DNA of 17,336 nucleotides from a virus (Duplodnaviria; Heunggongvirae; Uroviricota; Caudoviricetes): IMG/VR virus record IMGVR_UViG_2636416089_000002; one strand, 5' to 3'. Shown piece by piece: positions 1 to 8,520 of this stretch (position 1 is its first letter; each line of letters starts with the position of its first letter). The notes under the pieces were generated by a model. It saw only the letters and a program-made list of their open reading frames with translations, ran no database searches and was not told where the DNA came from. The position numbers and the translations under genes were made by a program.

Positions 1-265
1 CCCATGCCAGCGCCTTATCACGCTCAATGGCGTTAACCCGGTCGCATTTTTCCTTCGACAACTTCATGCCCGGAACGACAGGTTTGCCATCCACCAGGAT
101 GGCACCGCGGCAGATGGTCCAGATACCCGCGCCATCACGGTATGCCGTGGTGTGGTTACCTTCCTTTTCATCCAGAAACTGGTCGAGAATGTCAGGCGCA
201 GGCGCACCAGCGGCAATCAGCGCCAGAACGGCAGCCGACAGGCCGTATCTGATTTTTGCGTTCAT
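1..265 (-). CDS. SAR endolysin (phage lysozyme, T4-lysozyme-like fold), N-terminal 88 codons; 3' end beyond window start
   Basis: Reverse-strand ATG at 263-265. Translation MNAKIRYGLSAAVLALIAAGAPAPDILDQFLDEKEGNHTTAYRDGAGIWTICRG: hydrophobic signal-anchor-release segment followed by E-x8-D-x5-T catalytic spacing, as in P21 R-type lysozymes. Confidence 0.8.
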   Translation of the reverse strand, partial: MNAKIRYGLSAAVLALIAAGAPAPDILDQFLDEKEGNHTTAYRDGAGIWTICRGAILVDGKPVVPGMKLSKEKCDRVNAIERDKALAW

Positions 266-370
266 GGATATTTATCAGGATTTATCGGTTTCTGAGCCCT
301 GGATATGTTTATCAGTTCCAGCCTGTTGCCTCAGGCTGCTAACAGGTCAATACAATCATGAGGATTATTT

Positions 371-643
371 ATGGACAATAACACCATTTCTCTACAGGAG
401 TTGCTCGACAGCATTTCCAGGCTTCGGGAAGACGTGAATACCCTTACCGTCGCCTTCTCATATCTGGCATTCTCAATTCCAAGGGAACAGATGCAATCAA
501 CGCTGGCATCAATCCAGTTTGAATCATGCAATCCCAAATGGTCTCAGGAACAACAAGACTCTTTCAGGCGGCTTGCTGTATTACTGGATGAAAAATATGC
601 TGGTAAAATTACCATTTCGGCGGACTCTTCAGAGAACCCGTAA
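371..643 (+). CDS. Hypothetical 90-aa protein, antisense to the lysis cassette
   Basis: ORF with AGGA 6 nt upstream of ATG; lies in the 340-bp gap between the DUF1327 gene and the endolysin, overlapping the DUF1327 3' end by 35 bp. No recognisable motif. Confidence 0.3.
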   Translation: MDNNTISLQELLDSISRLREDVNTLTVAFSYLAFSIPREQMQSTLASIQFESCNPKWSQEQQDSFRRLAVLLDEKYAGKITISADSSENP

Positions 644-953
644 TTATTCCCGGTAGTTTTCCTCTGTAGGTTATCAACACATCCTGCGCCTCTAAAATTA
701 CGGGGCGCTTTTCCGGCGACTGCTCATCCCCTTCACATAACCCGGCAGCAACATCCAGGAAGACCTGTCTGATGCTCCTTCTGGCTGCTGCCTCATAAAA
801 CTCCAGCGCGGCACCTTCAACACGGTCCAGCGAGATGTCCAGGTCAAAAATTTCACCGTCAAAGCGTTTTTTGTCCCGTAACGCTAAAGTTACCGTAACT
901 TTATTCTCAAAATTGCGGATCCCTTTCACAATCAGTTCATAGTTTTGAGTCAT
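609..953 (-). CDS. DUF1327-family phage protein (YdfR-like) between holin and endolysin
   Basis: 114-aa ORF, MTQNYELIVKGIRNFENKVTVTLALRDKKRFDGEIFDLD... resembles from memory the small protein found between holin and lysozyme in Qin-type E. coli prophages. Confidence 0.6.
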   Translation of the reverse strand: MTQNYELIVKGIRNFENKVTVTLALRDKKRFDGEIFDLDISLDRVEGAALEFYEAAARRSIRQVFLDVAAGLCEGDEQSPEKRPVILEAQDVLITYRGKLPGIITGSLKSPPKW

Positions 954-957
954 TGAA

Positions 958-1173
958 TTACTCTCCCCGTGCCGCCTTACGACGGTCCTCTCTGATTTTG
1001 AAATACAGGTTAGTCAGATATGTCAGCAGCCCAAACAGCAGACTCCCCAGCACGCCTATTGCCGCCCACTGAGACGGGGAAACCCTGTCCAGCAACTGCA
1101 GGAACCAGTAGCCCGTTCCCACTGCTGACGTGGTGTATGACACACCTGTTGTGATTTTTTCCATCTGGTACAT
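958..1173 (-). CDS. Class II holin (S21-like pinholin)
   Basis: Dual-start [71 protein letters not shown] closely matches phage 21 S holin from memory; GGAG 7 nt upstream of first ATG. The ORF track extends to 1251 but the RBS supports 1173. Confidence 0.85.
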   Translation of the reverse strand: MYQMEKITTGVSYTTSAVGTGYWFLQLLDRVSPSQWAAIGVLGSLLFGLLTYLTNLYFKIREDRRKAARGE

Positions 1174-1208
1174 ACCCCGTCTCCCGTTATCCGGAAGCTG
1201 ACAACAAT

Positions 1209-1238
1209 AAAAAAAGCCACCAGTTAAGTACTGATGGC
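1209..1238 (-). terminator. Candidate intrinsic terminator just upstream of the holin gene
   Basis: Minus strand reads GCCATCAG-tacttaa-CTGGTGGC (one mismatch) followed by T7. Confidence 0.4.
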
Positions 1239-1323
1239 TCTGATAACTCATGCAGGCATCTCAGACGACCCACTGACACTACCGGTGAGTTTAACGATAC
1301 CTTCCATTTGACTGGCTCACTTT

Positions 1324-2822
1324 TTATGATGATGCCGGTGCATTTATCTCCAGCACCAGACTTTCTATCTCAACGCCATACGCTGCATTTTTGGTAATAT
1401 CCGTCAGCGTCAGCGCATTCAGCCCCAGTGTCAGACTGTCTTTTATGACCTGGAATGCCGGGCCAGCCACTCCATTCAGTTTCGGAGTAACCGTGGCACT
1501 GCCGGCGGTGAACACCAGCTCCAGCGTCTGCCAGTCGTTACTGTAATTCCCGAACTCGCCCAACTTTGTGTTTCCGGCTTTCTTGTGATGCATCAGATTC
1601 AGTTTGCCGTCTGTGGTCTGGGTGAAGAACGACATCAGGAACGGGTTACCAGTCCCGGTCATCGCCACGACGTCAGGTAACGCTACATCGGTATAGCGGT
1701 TGCCATACGATCCGGAATAATGCTCCTGCGCGCCCATGAACTGAAATGTGTCGGGCGGTTTGATGATACCTGGTTTCCATTCGTTCTCGATGCCGCACCG
1801 TAATATCCTGATGCCGGAATATCCGGATCTTCTGCCGGTGCGTTAGTGGCGGTATTGACGCCGTTACCGTCTGTCATGAAGGGCACAAAATAAACGCCCT
1901 CACTCTCCCTGTTTTTATACCCGCCGTACACGGTGTCGTACTGGGTAGCGTATGTATTTTTCCAGTAATACGTCGTGTCACCACAAATCCACGGCACATT
2001 TACAGCACTACCACCATGACACTGCGCGTTAAACACAGTGAGGTCAGCACGAAACTGCTTCAGCATGGCTGTAAACAGCGCAGGTTGCTGTGCGTAGGTG
2101 GCGGCGTTCATGTCAAACTCTCCCTGCATCCAGCACACCGCCAGCAACACATTTTTCGGGTTCTTCTGTAATGCAGCTTTAGTGCGCGCAATCAGGTCCT
2201 GATATAACGGTTTACCCACACCCCAGCGTGCCGAATCCTGGCTGGCCCCCGCGTCCGCACTGAATGTCCCCTCCGCGCCCTTGGTGAATGCCGAACCACC
2301 ACGACAGCATGGTACCAGCAGGATCCCCGCGTTATTCGGGATATACGGGAGCAGTTTTTTGGCAATATGTAAGCCCTGGCCGACACAGCCGTACTGCCCT
2401 TTGCTCAGGTCTGCCTTCGGATGATTCAGCGTACTCATATCCTGCACATCATGCAGACAGTGGTCAGCCGGGATGATGTCGTTATACGTACAACTCTCTC
2501 CACCCGGAGTTACCGTGCTGCGGCGCGCCAGCTGTTTAATGCGCGGATCCGGAGCATCGTAAGAATCCGGTAACGGAAGCCCTTCACCGTAGGCCATGCC
2601 GTTGGACTGTCCGGCAAGCACAACCACGTAGAACCAGTCCGGCTCAGATGAAGGGCCGACCTGTGGATCTCCTTCAATAGCCACCGCCTGCATCAGTGTG
2701 TACGGCGTAATGGCAACCGGTCCGCCATATGGCTGCCAGCCCTCTTTCAGTTTGTGTGTCAGCTTTTCCGCAAGGTCTGACGGCGACGCCGCCCTGACAA
2801 CATCATAGTGTTTAAATGCCAT
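1324..2822 (-). pseudogene. nanS: Prophage sialate O-acetylesterase NanS-p (DUF1737 N-terminus plus SGNH/SASA esterase domain), apparently frameshifted
   Basis: 379-aa ORF (1683..2822) begins MAFKHYDVVRAASPSDLAEKL and carries the GQSN esterase motif. A 137-aa ORF (1324..1737) in another frame continues with a plausible C-terminal domain; its frame reads sensibly upstream to about 1800, so the frame change lies near 1800-1815. Confidence 0.7.
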
Positions 2823-3015
2823 GAATCCTCCCGGCCGGGATAATATTGTGAGTAAAATGAGGAGCGGGCTGAAGTCCGGAAGTTACAGGACAATGGCAGA
2901 AGAGAGACAATAGCCCGCAATACGAAAAAGGCCGCGCTATTGCGCAGAGTGATTACTGTCGGATATTATTCGCCAGCTGAAATATTACTTCACGTTTTGT
3001 TGTTTATTCCTTGCC

Positions 3016-3044
3016 GCCCGCGTCTCCCTGCGCGGGATTTTTTT
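3016..3044 (+). terminator. Candidate plus-strand intrinsic terminator in the tRNA/nanS gap
   Basis: CCCGCG-tctccctg-CGCGGG followed by ATTTTTTT on the plus strand. Confidence 0.45.
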
Positions 3045-3050
3045 GTCCAT

Positions 3051-3074
3051 AAGAAAGCCCCTCCGGAGAGGGGC
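3051..3074 (-). terminator. Candidate minus-strand terminator hairpin (weak U-tract)
   Basis: Minus strand GCCCCTC-tccg-GAGGGGC followed by TTTCTT. Confidence 0.3.
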
Positions 3075-3271
3075 TGGAGAGTGGCGCTATGTGCCATTGC
3101 ATGGTGCCGGGTGCCTCCCGGTGAATTCAGTACCAGCACCTGAATCCGCGATTATCCCATATACCTACTCGCTGATTGCCCCTCCGCACAGGGGGATTCA
3201 CCATGCCAGTTTCTTTTAACAAACTCCCCGCAAAACAGACAACTGTCAACCGTCTGAATTGTGAGACATTT

Positions 3272-3297
3272 AAAAAAAAGGCCCGCAAAAGCGAGCC
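3272..3297 (-). terminator. Candidate intrinsic terminator immediately downstream of the tRNA cluster
   Basis: Minus strand GGCTCGC-tttt-GCGGGCC (one G-U pair) followed by T8. Confidence 0.55.
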
Positions 3298-3311
3298 AGG
3301 GAAAATAAGTG

Positions 3312-3388
3312 TGGCGCGTTGTACTGGATTCGAACCAGTGACCGATTGCTTAGAAGGCAATTGCTCTGTCCGGCTGAGCTAACAACGC
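3312..3388 (-). tRNA. argO: tRNA-Arg, anticodon TCT
   Basis: Hand-folded cloverleaf: acceptor GCGTTGT/ACAACGC, anticodon stem ATTGC/GCAAT, loop CTTCTAA, T-arm ACTGG-TTCGAAT-CCAGT, 3' GCCA. Symbol assigned by position in the ileZ-argN-argO trio recalled from Stx phages. Confidence 0.8.
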
Positions 3389-3401
3389 ATGATGCAGATA
3401 A

Positions 3402-3478
3402 TGGACCGCCATCGGGGACTTGAACCCCGCGCAGCCAGCTTCGAAGGCTGGCGCTCTATCCCGATGAGCTAATGGCGG
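3402..3478 (-). tRNA. argN: tRNA-Arg, anticodon TCG by my fold
   Basis: Acceptor CCGCCAT/ATGGCGG, D-arm GCTC/GAGC, anticodon stem CCAGC/GCTGG with loop CTTCGAA, T-arm CGGGG-TTCAAGT-CCCCG, 3' TCCA. Anticodon call depends on the fold. Confidence 0.75.
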
Positions 3479-3485
3479 TATGTGA

Positions 3486-3561
3486 TGGTGGCCCTTGCTG
3501 GATTTGAACCAGCGACCTGGCGATTATGAGTCGCTCGCTCTCACCACTGAGCTAAAGGGCC
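3486..3561 (-). tRNA. ileZ: tRNA-Ile2 (CAT anticodon, lysidine type; may be annotated as tRNA-Met)
   Basis: GGCCCTTTAGCTCAGTGGTGAGAGCGAGCGACTCATAATCGCCAGGTCGCTGGTTCAAATCCAGCAAGGGCCACCA, very close to E. coli ileX from memory. Confidence 0.8.
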
Positions 3562-3610
3562 GCGCGCAGAATAATAACGACGCGGAATTAATTCTTCAAT
3601 CTCATCCGTT

Positions 3611-4659
3611 TCAAACGATTAAATCCTGAACTTCCCTGACTGTCTGCTCAAAACGTCCGGTCTCCAGCTCAACACCAATCGCACGACGCCCCAGTGCCAT
3701 CGCCGCTTTTACCGTTGAACCCGACCCCATGAAAAAATCCGCAACCAGATCACCAGGACGACTACTTGCGCTGATTATCTGCTGCAGCATTTCTGCCGGT
3801 TTTTCGCACGGATGTTTCCCTGGATAGTACTGCACCGGTTTATACGTCCACACATCGGTGTACGGCACCTGCGCCGTCACACCAAAATACCTCCGCAAAT
3901 TTTTATATTCACTCTGCAGCTCCACATACTGCCGGTTCAGTGACTGTATGTGCTGACCAGTTGGTAATGGGACTTTTCCAGTTCTCCCCGCTGATGTTTC
4001 TCTTCTGCCACCCGGGCAAACAGCGACTGTAATTTCAGATAATCGCTTTCGTTCGGTAGCTGCCACTGACTGGCACTGAACCAGTGCGACACCATGTTTT
4101 TCTTTCCTGTGGCATCTGCAATCTGTTTTGCCGTTATCCCCAGGGCCGCGCGCGCATCACGAAAGTAAGAAATCAGCGGGGCCATCACATGCTGTTTCAG
4201 TGCACTGCCCTTCGCCGCATACCCGGCATCTTTCGGACGATACGGCCCCTGATAATGTTCCGCGAACAGAATGCGCTCTGTGGCGGGGAAATACGCCCGC
4301 AGGCTTTCCTTGTTGCATCCGTTCCAGCGTCCGGACGGCTTCGCCCAGATAATATGGTTCAGCACACTGAAGCGTTCACGCATCATGATTTCGATATCAG
4401 ATGCCAGGCGATGACCACAGAACAGGTAAAGACTTCCGGCAGGTTTCAGCACCCGCCAGAACTGCGCCAGACACTGGTCCAGCCACTTCAGGTAATCATC
4501 GTCGCCCTTCCACTGGTTATCCCAGCCCTCAGGCTTCACTTTAAAGTACGGCGGGTCCGTGACTATCAGGTCAACAGAATTTTCGGGTAACGACCGGATA
4601 AATTCCAGGCAGTCGGCGTTGATTAACTCACAACTGGATATTTTTACAGTATTAAGCAT
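3611..4659 (-). pseudogene. DNA N6-adenine/N4-cytosine methyltransferase (beta-class: DPPY motif N-terminal, FxGxG motif C-terminal), apparently frameshifted
   Basis: 240-aa ORF (3937..4659) contains LIVTDPPYF; 151-aa ORF (3611..4066) in another frame contains DFFMGSGST. The two overlap by 130 bp, so the frame change lies within 3937..4066. Confidence 0.75.
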
Positions 4660-4795
4660 GGATCATTAAGCCTGTCTCTGATAGGCTCATTCTGCTTTTG
4701 CGCAAAGCAGTGGGCCTGAGGTTTGCTTGTGAACCCAACGCATGAGCAGATGGCTGGTGGGTGCCCCTAACACCCACCAGCCGCCCATTTACCAC

Positions 4796-4823
4796 AAATA
4801 AAAAAGCCTTCACTGCGGAAGGC
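4796..4823 (-). terminator. Candidate intrinsic terminator downstream of the DUF968 gene
   Basis: Minus strand GCCTTC-cgcagt-GAAGGC followed by TTTTTTAT; a perfect 10-bp hairpin lies just 3' at 4754..4780. Confidence 0.55.
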
Positions 4824-4918
4824 GTCTGTAACAACCGAACTGATAGTCTGCCAGCCCCGCCATGCCCCCCAGCGTTCAAGAACCATCTGAATATCACGCA
4901 TCAACTTTCTCCACAAAA

Positions 4919-5938
4919 TCAGGACAGCACACCTATCGCCAGCGCGCGATCGATAAAACGAAATATCAGCTCCAGTTGGGAACCATACTTCTCTTCAAAT
5001 GCCACGGTATCCGCATGCAGTCCGTCATGGTGTTTTCTGCACAAAGGCAACACAAAAAGGTCATGCGCTTTTGTACCCATTCCACCCTGACCATGACCAA
5101 TCAGGTGATGAGGATCGTCGGCTGGCTTACCACAACATGCACACGGCTGCGTCTTAACCCAGCGCGTGTACTTTTCATTAACCCAGCGACGACGTTTTGG
5201 GCGTAACATAAAAGACTCCGGCGACTCCGGATCCACTTTCAGCGCCAGCACCTTTTTCGCCTTATCCTGGATGATGCTGGTGGCAGGAACCGAAGGCACA
5301 AGGTCACTTTCCCGGGTGACAGACGGCACAACAGGCTTCGGTAATCTCAGTGCCTTACGGGCTGCACTTTCCGGTAAGGCATCCGCCAGGTCATTACGAA
5401 CCAGCCACCAGCACAGTTCCGGCATTGTCACAACGTGGCTGTCATCAAAACCGAGATCACGACGGACTACGGACAACACCCAGCGGGCACAGTTATCCGT
5501 TGCCATTGATTCCAGACGTTCCGTGAACTGATCGCGAAGCAGGTTATCGCAGTGCCAGCACAGACGGATTGCACCCGGAGCGTGTCGCATTGTGGTCATG
5601 TTCTCGCTGTGCCAGTCGGAATGAGGCCACTGGCAGCCTTTTTCACGAAGTAACCAGCTTTCAAGACATTCCACGCCACCAGCACGACGGATCACTGCCT
5701 CATTGCGGAACACGGCCCGAACGGCAGGATCATCCGCCAGCGGTTGTGATGCCGCCGGAACGGCACCACTGGCGAAAGATGAATAACGTTCCGGCTCAGG
5801 CTCCAACAGGACACGCCCCTGCATAAACAGGGGCATCAGCTCTGAACCGGGCCTGAACAATACAATCCCCATACGCGGGGCAATTTCAGGGGTCAGCAGT
5901 GCTCTCACGGTCACCTCAGCAAACGATATTGAATGCAT
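4919..5938 (-). CDS. DUF968-family prophage protein (YdfU-like) with Cys/His-rich HNH-like C-terminus
   Basis: 339-aa ORF; C-terminal QPCACCGKPADDPHHLIGHG...LCRKHHDGLH. Family assignment from memory; no clear RBS at the annotated ATG. Confidence 0.55.
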   Translation of the reverse strand: MHSISFAEVTVRALLTPEIAPRMGIVLFRPGSELMPLFMQGRVLLEPEPERYSSFASGAVPAASQPLADDPAVRAVFRNEAVIRRAGGVECLESWLLREKGCQWPHSDWHSENMTTMRHAPGAIRLCWHCDNLLRDQFTERLESMATDNCARWVLSVVRRDLGFDDSHVVTMPELCWWLVRNDLADALPESAARKALRLPKPVVPSVTRESDLVPSVPATSIIQDKAKKVLALKVDPESPESFMLRPKRRRWVNEKYTRWVKTQPCACCGKPADDPHHLIGHGQGGMGTKAHDLFVLPLCRKHHDGLHADTVAFEEKYGSQLELIFRFIDRALAIGVLS

Positions 5939-5959
5939 ACAGAGAAAAAAACTCAGTCA

Positions 5960-6217
5960 TCACGCAGTAAACTCCTTCACCAGTATTTCAAACTGGCTTA
6001 CCTGTCCTTCCAGTTCCTCCACGCAATCCACCAGCTCATCCACCGCCTTTTGTGTACGGTGTTTTGCCTGCAGCAGATCACGAAGCGCCGGAGTAAGCTG
6101 CTTGCGGAGCGTATCTTTTGCCACGCTCGTTTTTTCCATCTGTTCAGCACAACGAAGCATCTCCTGCGCCTGCCGACGAAGTTGTTCCGGTGAAACAGTG
6201 GTTGTTCTGTTGTTCAA
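5960..6217 (-). CDS. Hypothetical 85-aa protein, predicted helical
   Basis: TTG start overlapping the DnaB-like stop (TTGA), GGAG 8 nt upstream. Confidence 0.45.
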   Translation of the reverse strand: MNNRTTTVSPEQLRRQAQEMLRCAEQMEKTSVAKDTLRKQLTPALRDLLQAKHRTQKAVDELVDCVEELEGQVSQFEILVKEFTA

Positions 6218-7614
6218 AATAAACGCTCCGTTTTACTACCCGACATGCGGTTATTGCTGTATCTGCGCGGATTGCCCGGCGTCATGGGAGTGGAAAGAAC
6301 CCGGGCACTCTCCTGATCCACAGGCAGAAAATGCCCGTTATGAAAACGCCGGTAAATGGTACCCAGCGTGCCATTACGCTGTTTCGTGATGTTGATTTCT
6401 GCTATGCCTCTGGCCTGAGTTTCCGGGTTGTATACCTCATCCCTGTAAAGCATCAGAATGATGTCGGCATCCGCCTCGATTTCCCCGGAGTTTTTCAGGT
6501 CCGAGTTCATTGGGCGTTTATTGGGTCTGGATTCCACGCCGCGGGAGAGCTGGCTCAGAGCAATCAGCGGAAAACCGCCGGATTTTGCCAGGCTTTTAAG
6601 TCCCTTTGAGATTTCCCCCACCGCAAGGTCGTGACGCCCCGTGCTGCGGGTTTTAATCAGGCCGAGGTAATCGACCACCACCAGCGCCGTTTCCGGGTGT
6701 TTCATCCGGTGGTGCTTCGTGGTTGCACATATCTCATCAATGGTCAGGTTTGCCTGGTCCACCATCCAGATATTACGCCCCGTCATTCGTCCCACGCCCT
6801 GCGTGAAACGCGCCCAGTCTTCATCTTCAAAACGGGCAACAGACTTAAGACGGGATACCGGCATTCCACCGGCAGCAGACACCATACGTTCACCAATCTG
6901 GATGTTCGCCATCTCCATGGTGAACAGAAGCACGCCATGCCCCTGCTCAGTCACCTTGTCGATGATGTCCAGCGCAAGTTCGGTTTTCCCCATCGAAGGA
7001 CGGGCGGCAATGAATACCAGGTCTCCGGGCTCCATACCGCCCGTTTTTGCGTCCAGTTCATCAATACCGGTCATCAGCGCCCTGGATTTCTCCAGTCCCT
7101 GATTGCGGCATTCAACACGGTCGACCACTTCCGGAAGGACATCATCAATGTGAACCGGCTGAATGACGCCCTTTCCGGTCGACAGTGAGGCCATCATGTT
7201 CTGCGCATCCTTCAGGGCATCCTCGGCTGCTTCACAGGTATACGCATCACGTAAATTCTGTAATGCTTCAGTCAGTGTTTTTTCTGCATCGCGCAGTGCG
7301 GCATTGCGCCGCAACGCTGCGACATAGTGCTCCAGTGAAGACTTCACCCAGGTTTTGCGTCCGGTGTCGGTAATCACCGGGGCAAGTTCCGGCATCTCAT
7401 TGCACAGCAGTACGGGGTCAATGACGCCGGATATGCGAGCCTGTCTGCAAATCCCCGCGTAAATATCCCGGTACTGACGCACAAAAAATACATCCGCCGG
7501 AAGTGTGGCCAGAATATCCATCACTTCCGGATCGGCCCCACGCAGAAAAAACGCACCGATGACAGCGCCTTCCAGGTCATCGTTACGCCATGCTGGGGTG
7601 TTCTGGCTGGTCAT
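6214..7614 (-). CDS. Replicative DNA helicase, DnaB-like
   Basis: 466 aa with Walker A region AARPSMGKTELALD and DnaB-like motifs; start overlaps the DnaC-like stop. Confidence 0.9.
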   Translation of the reverse strand: MTSQNTPAWRNDDLEGAVIGAFFLRGADPEVMDILATLPADVFFVRQYRDIYAGICRQARISGVIDPVLLCNEMPELAPVITDTGRKTWVKSSLEHYVAALRRNAALRDAEKTLTEALQNLRDAYTCEAAEDALKDAQNMMASLSTGKGVIQPVHIDDVLPEVVDRVECRNQGLEKSRALMTGIDELDAKTGGMEPGDLVFIAARPSMGKTELALDIIDKVTEQGHGVLLFTMEMANIQIGERMVSAAGGMPVSRLKSVARFEDEDWARFTQGVGRMTGRNIWMVDQANLTIDEICATTKHHRMKHPETALVVVDYLGLIKTRSTGRHDLAVGEISKGLKSLAKSGGFPLIALSQLSRGVESRPNKRPMNSDLKNSGEIEADADIILMLYRDEVYNPETQARGIAEINITKQRNGTLGTIYRRFHNGHFLPVDQESARVLSTPMTPGNPRRYSNNRMSGSKTERLF

Positions 7615-8519
7615 GCGGCAACACCTCCGATACGAGAACGGTAGCTGGGCCAGTTAAACGACAACCAGTTGCGCCCGCCATCGGTGATCCTGTCGGCAAT
7701 CCGGGGACTGATGAACGCCCACAATTCTTCCGGTGAAAGGTTGCTGATCAGGATAGTTGGCAAAATACCCTCATACCGGGCATTGATAATTTCCTGCAAA
7801 ATGGCCATTTCAGCCGCACTGCCAAACTGAACGCCGACTTCGTCGACAATCAGCAAATCCAGTGACGCATAATGCTCAATGACGTCATCCGCTGTTTTTT
7901 CACTGTCATTCCGCCAGCAGTTTTTCACAGCCCGGGTAAGGCGCATCACGTCGGTGATCTCCACACTGGCCAGATAGTTACGGATGATGTGTTTTGCCAT
8001 TGATACCGCCAGATGATTTTTCCCGGTACCGCAACTGCCGGTCATAACAAGACTGGTACCGTTCTCCAGCATATCTGGCCAGTTCTCCGCATAGCGGCGA
8101 CAGGCCGCAAGATTTCTGGCTGCGTCAGGATTAACCTCCAGATAATTATCAAACTCGCAGTCCCGAAAACGCAGAGCAATTCCGGCGTTATCAGTCAGTT
8201 CTTCCGCCTTGAGGGACGACAGTTCCATGGTCAAATCACTGGCCTCAGCGATCAAGCAGTCAGGGCAGCATGAAATTTTTTCTCTGTCCTCGCCATTACG
8301 ATCGATCCACACCAGTATATGCGTACGATATTTACCGTGTTTTTCGCAATATCCGCGACCTTCACGCATCAGGCAGGAACGATAAGGCCATGGCTTTTCG
8401 CCCTTCTGAGCAAATGCAATCTCTGCCCGTAACTCATCCATTTCTGCCCGTAACTCATCCATTCGCGCCTGTAGTCTTGTTTGTTTCTCACGTTGGTCAA
8501 TCGTCATCATCGCTGTCAC
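7611..8519 (-). CDS. DnaC-like helicase loader (IstB-type AAA+ ATPase)
   Basis: Walker A GSCGTGKNHL, Walker B LLIVDEVG. GTG start at 8519; alternative ATG at 8510. Confidence 0.85.
   Translation of the reverse strand: MTAMMTIDQREKQTRLQARMDELRAEMDELRAEIAFAQKGEKPWPYRSCLMREGRGYCEKHGKYRTHILVWIDRNGEDREKISCCPDCLIAEASDLTMELSSLKAEELTDNAGIALRFRDCEFDNYLEVNPDAARNLAACRRYAENWPDMLENGTSLVMTGSCGTGKNHLAVSMAKHIIRNYLASVEITDVMRLTRAVKNCWRNDSEKTADDVIEHYASLDLLIVDEVGVQFGSAAEMAILQEIINARYEGILPTILISNLSPEELWAFISPRIADRITDGGRNWLSFNWPSYRSRIGGVAA
8422..8463. repeat. Perfect 21-bp tandem duplication (2 copies) inside the DnaC-like gene
   Basis: tctgcccgtaactcatccatt occurs twice back to back; in frame, giving MDELRAE-MDELRAE. 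Confidence 0.9.
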
Positions 8520-8520
8520 C

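Noticed and set aside
2823-3311. Shiga toxin genes stxA/stxB at the usual site between the tRNAs and nanS-p
   Set aside because: The interval is only about 490 bp and holds no ORF of suitable size; the listed ORFs there are short and overlap tRNAs or hairpins.
3127-3382. ORFs of 77 aa (minus) and 68 aa (plus) overlapping the tRNA-Arg gene
   Set aside because: They run through a well-folded tRNA and the adjacent terminator; no RBS.
4084-4590. 168-aa and 74-aa plus-strand ORFs inside the methyltransferase gene
   Set aside because: Antisense frames of a gene with clear DPPY and FxGxG motifs; Arg/Pro-rich composition.
4652-4897. 81-aa minus-strand ORF in the gap where Q would be expected
   Set aside because: It spans the terminator and the 10-bp hairpin, has a Gly/Arg/Leu-biased composition with no Zn-binding or Q-like motif, and no RBS.
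6631-7188. 185-aa and 127-aa plus-strand ORFs inside the DnaB-like gene
   Set aside because: Antisense to a well-supported helicase gene; His/Arg-rich translations; no RBS.
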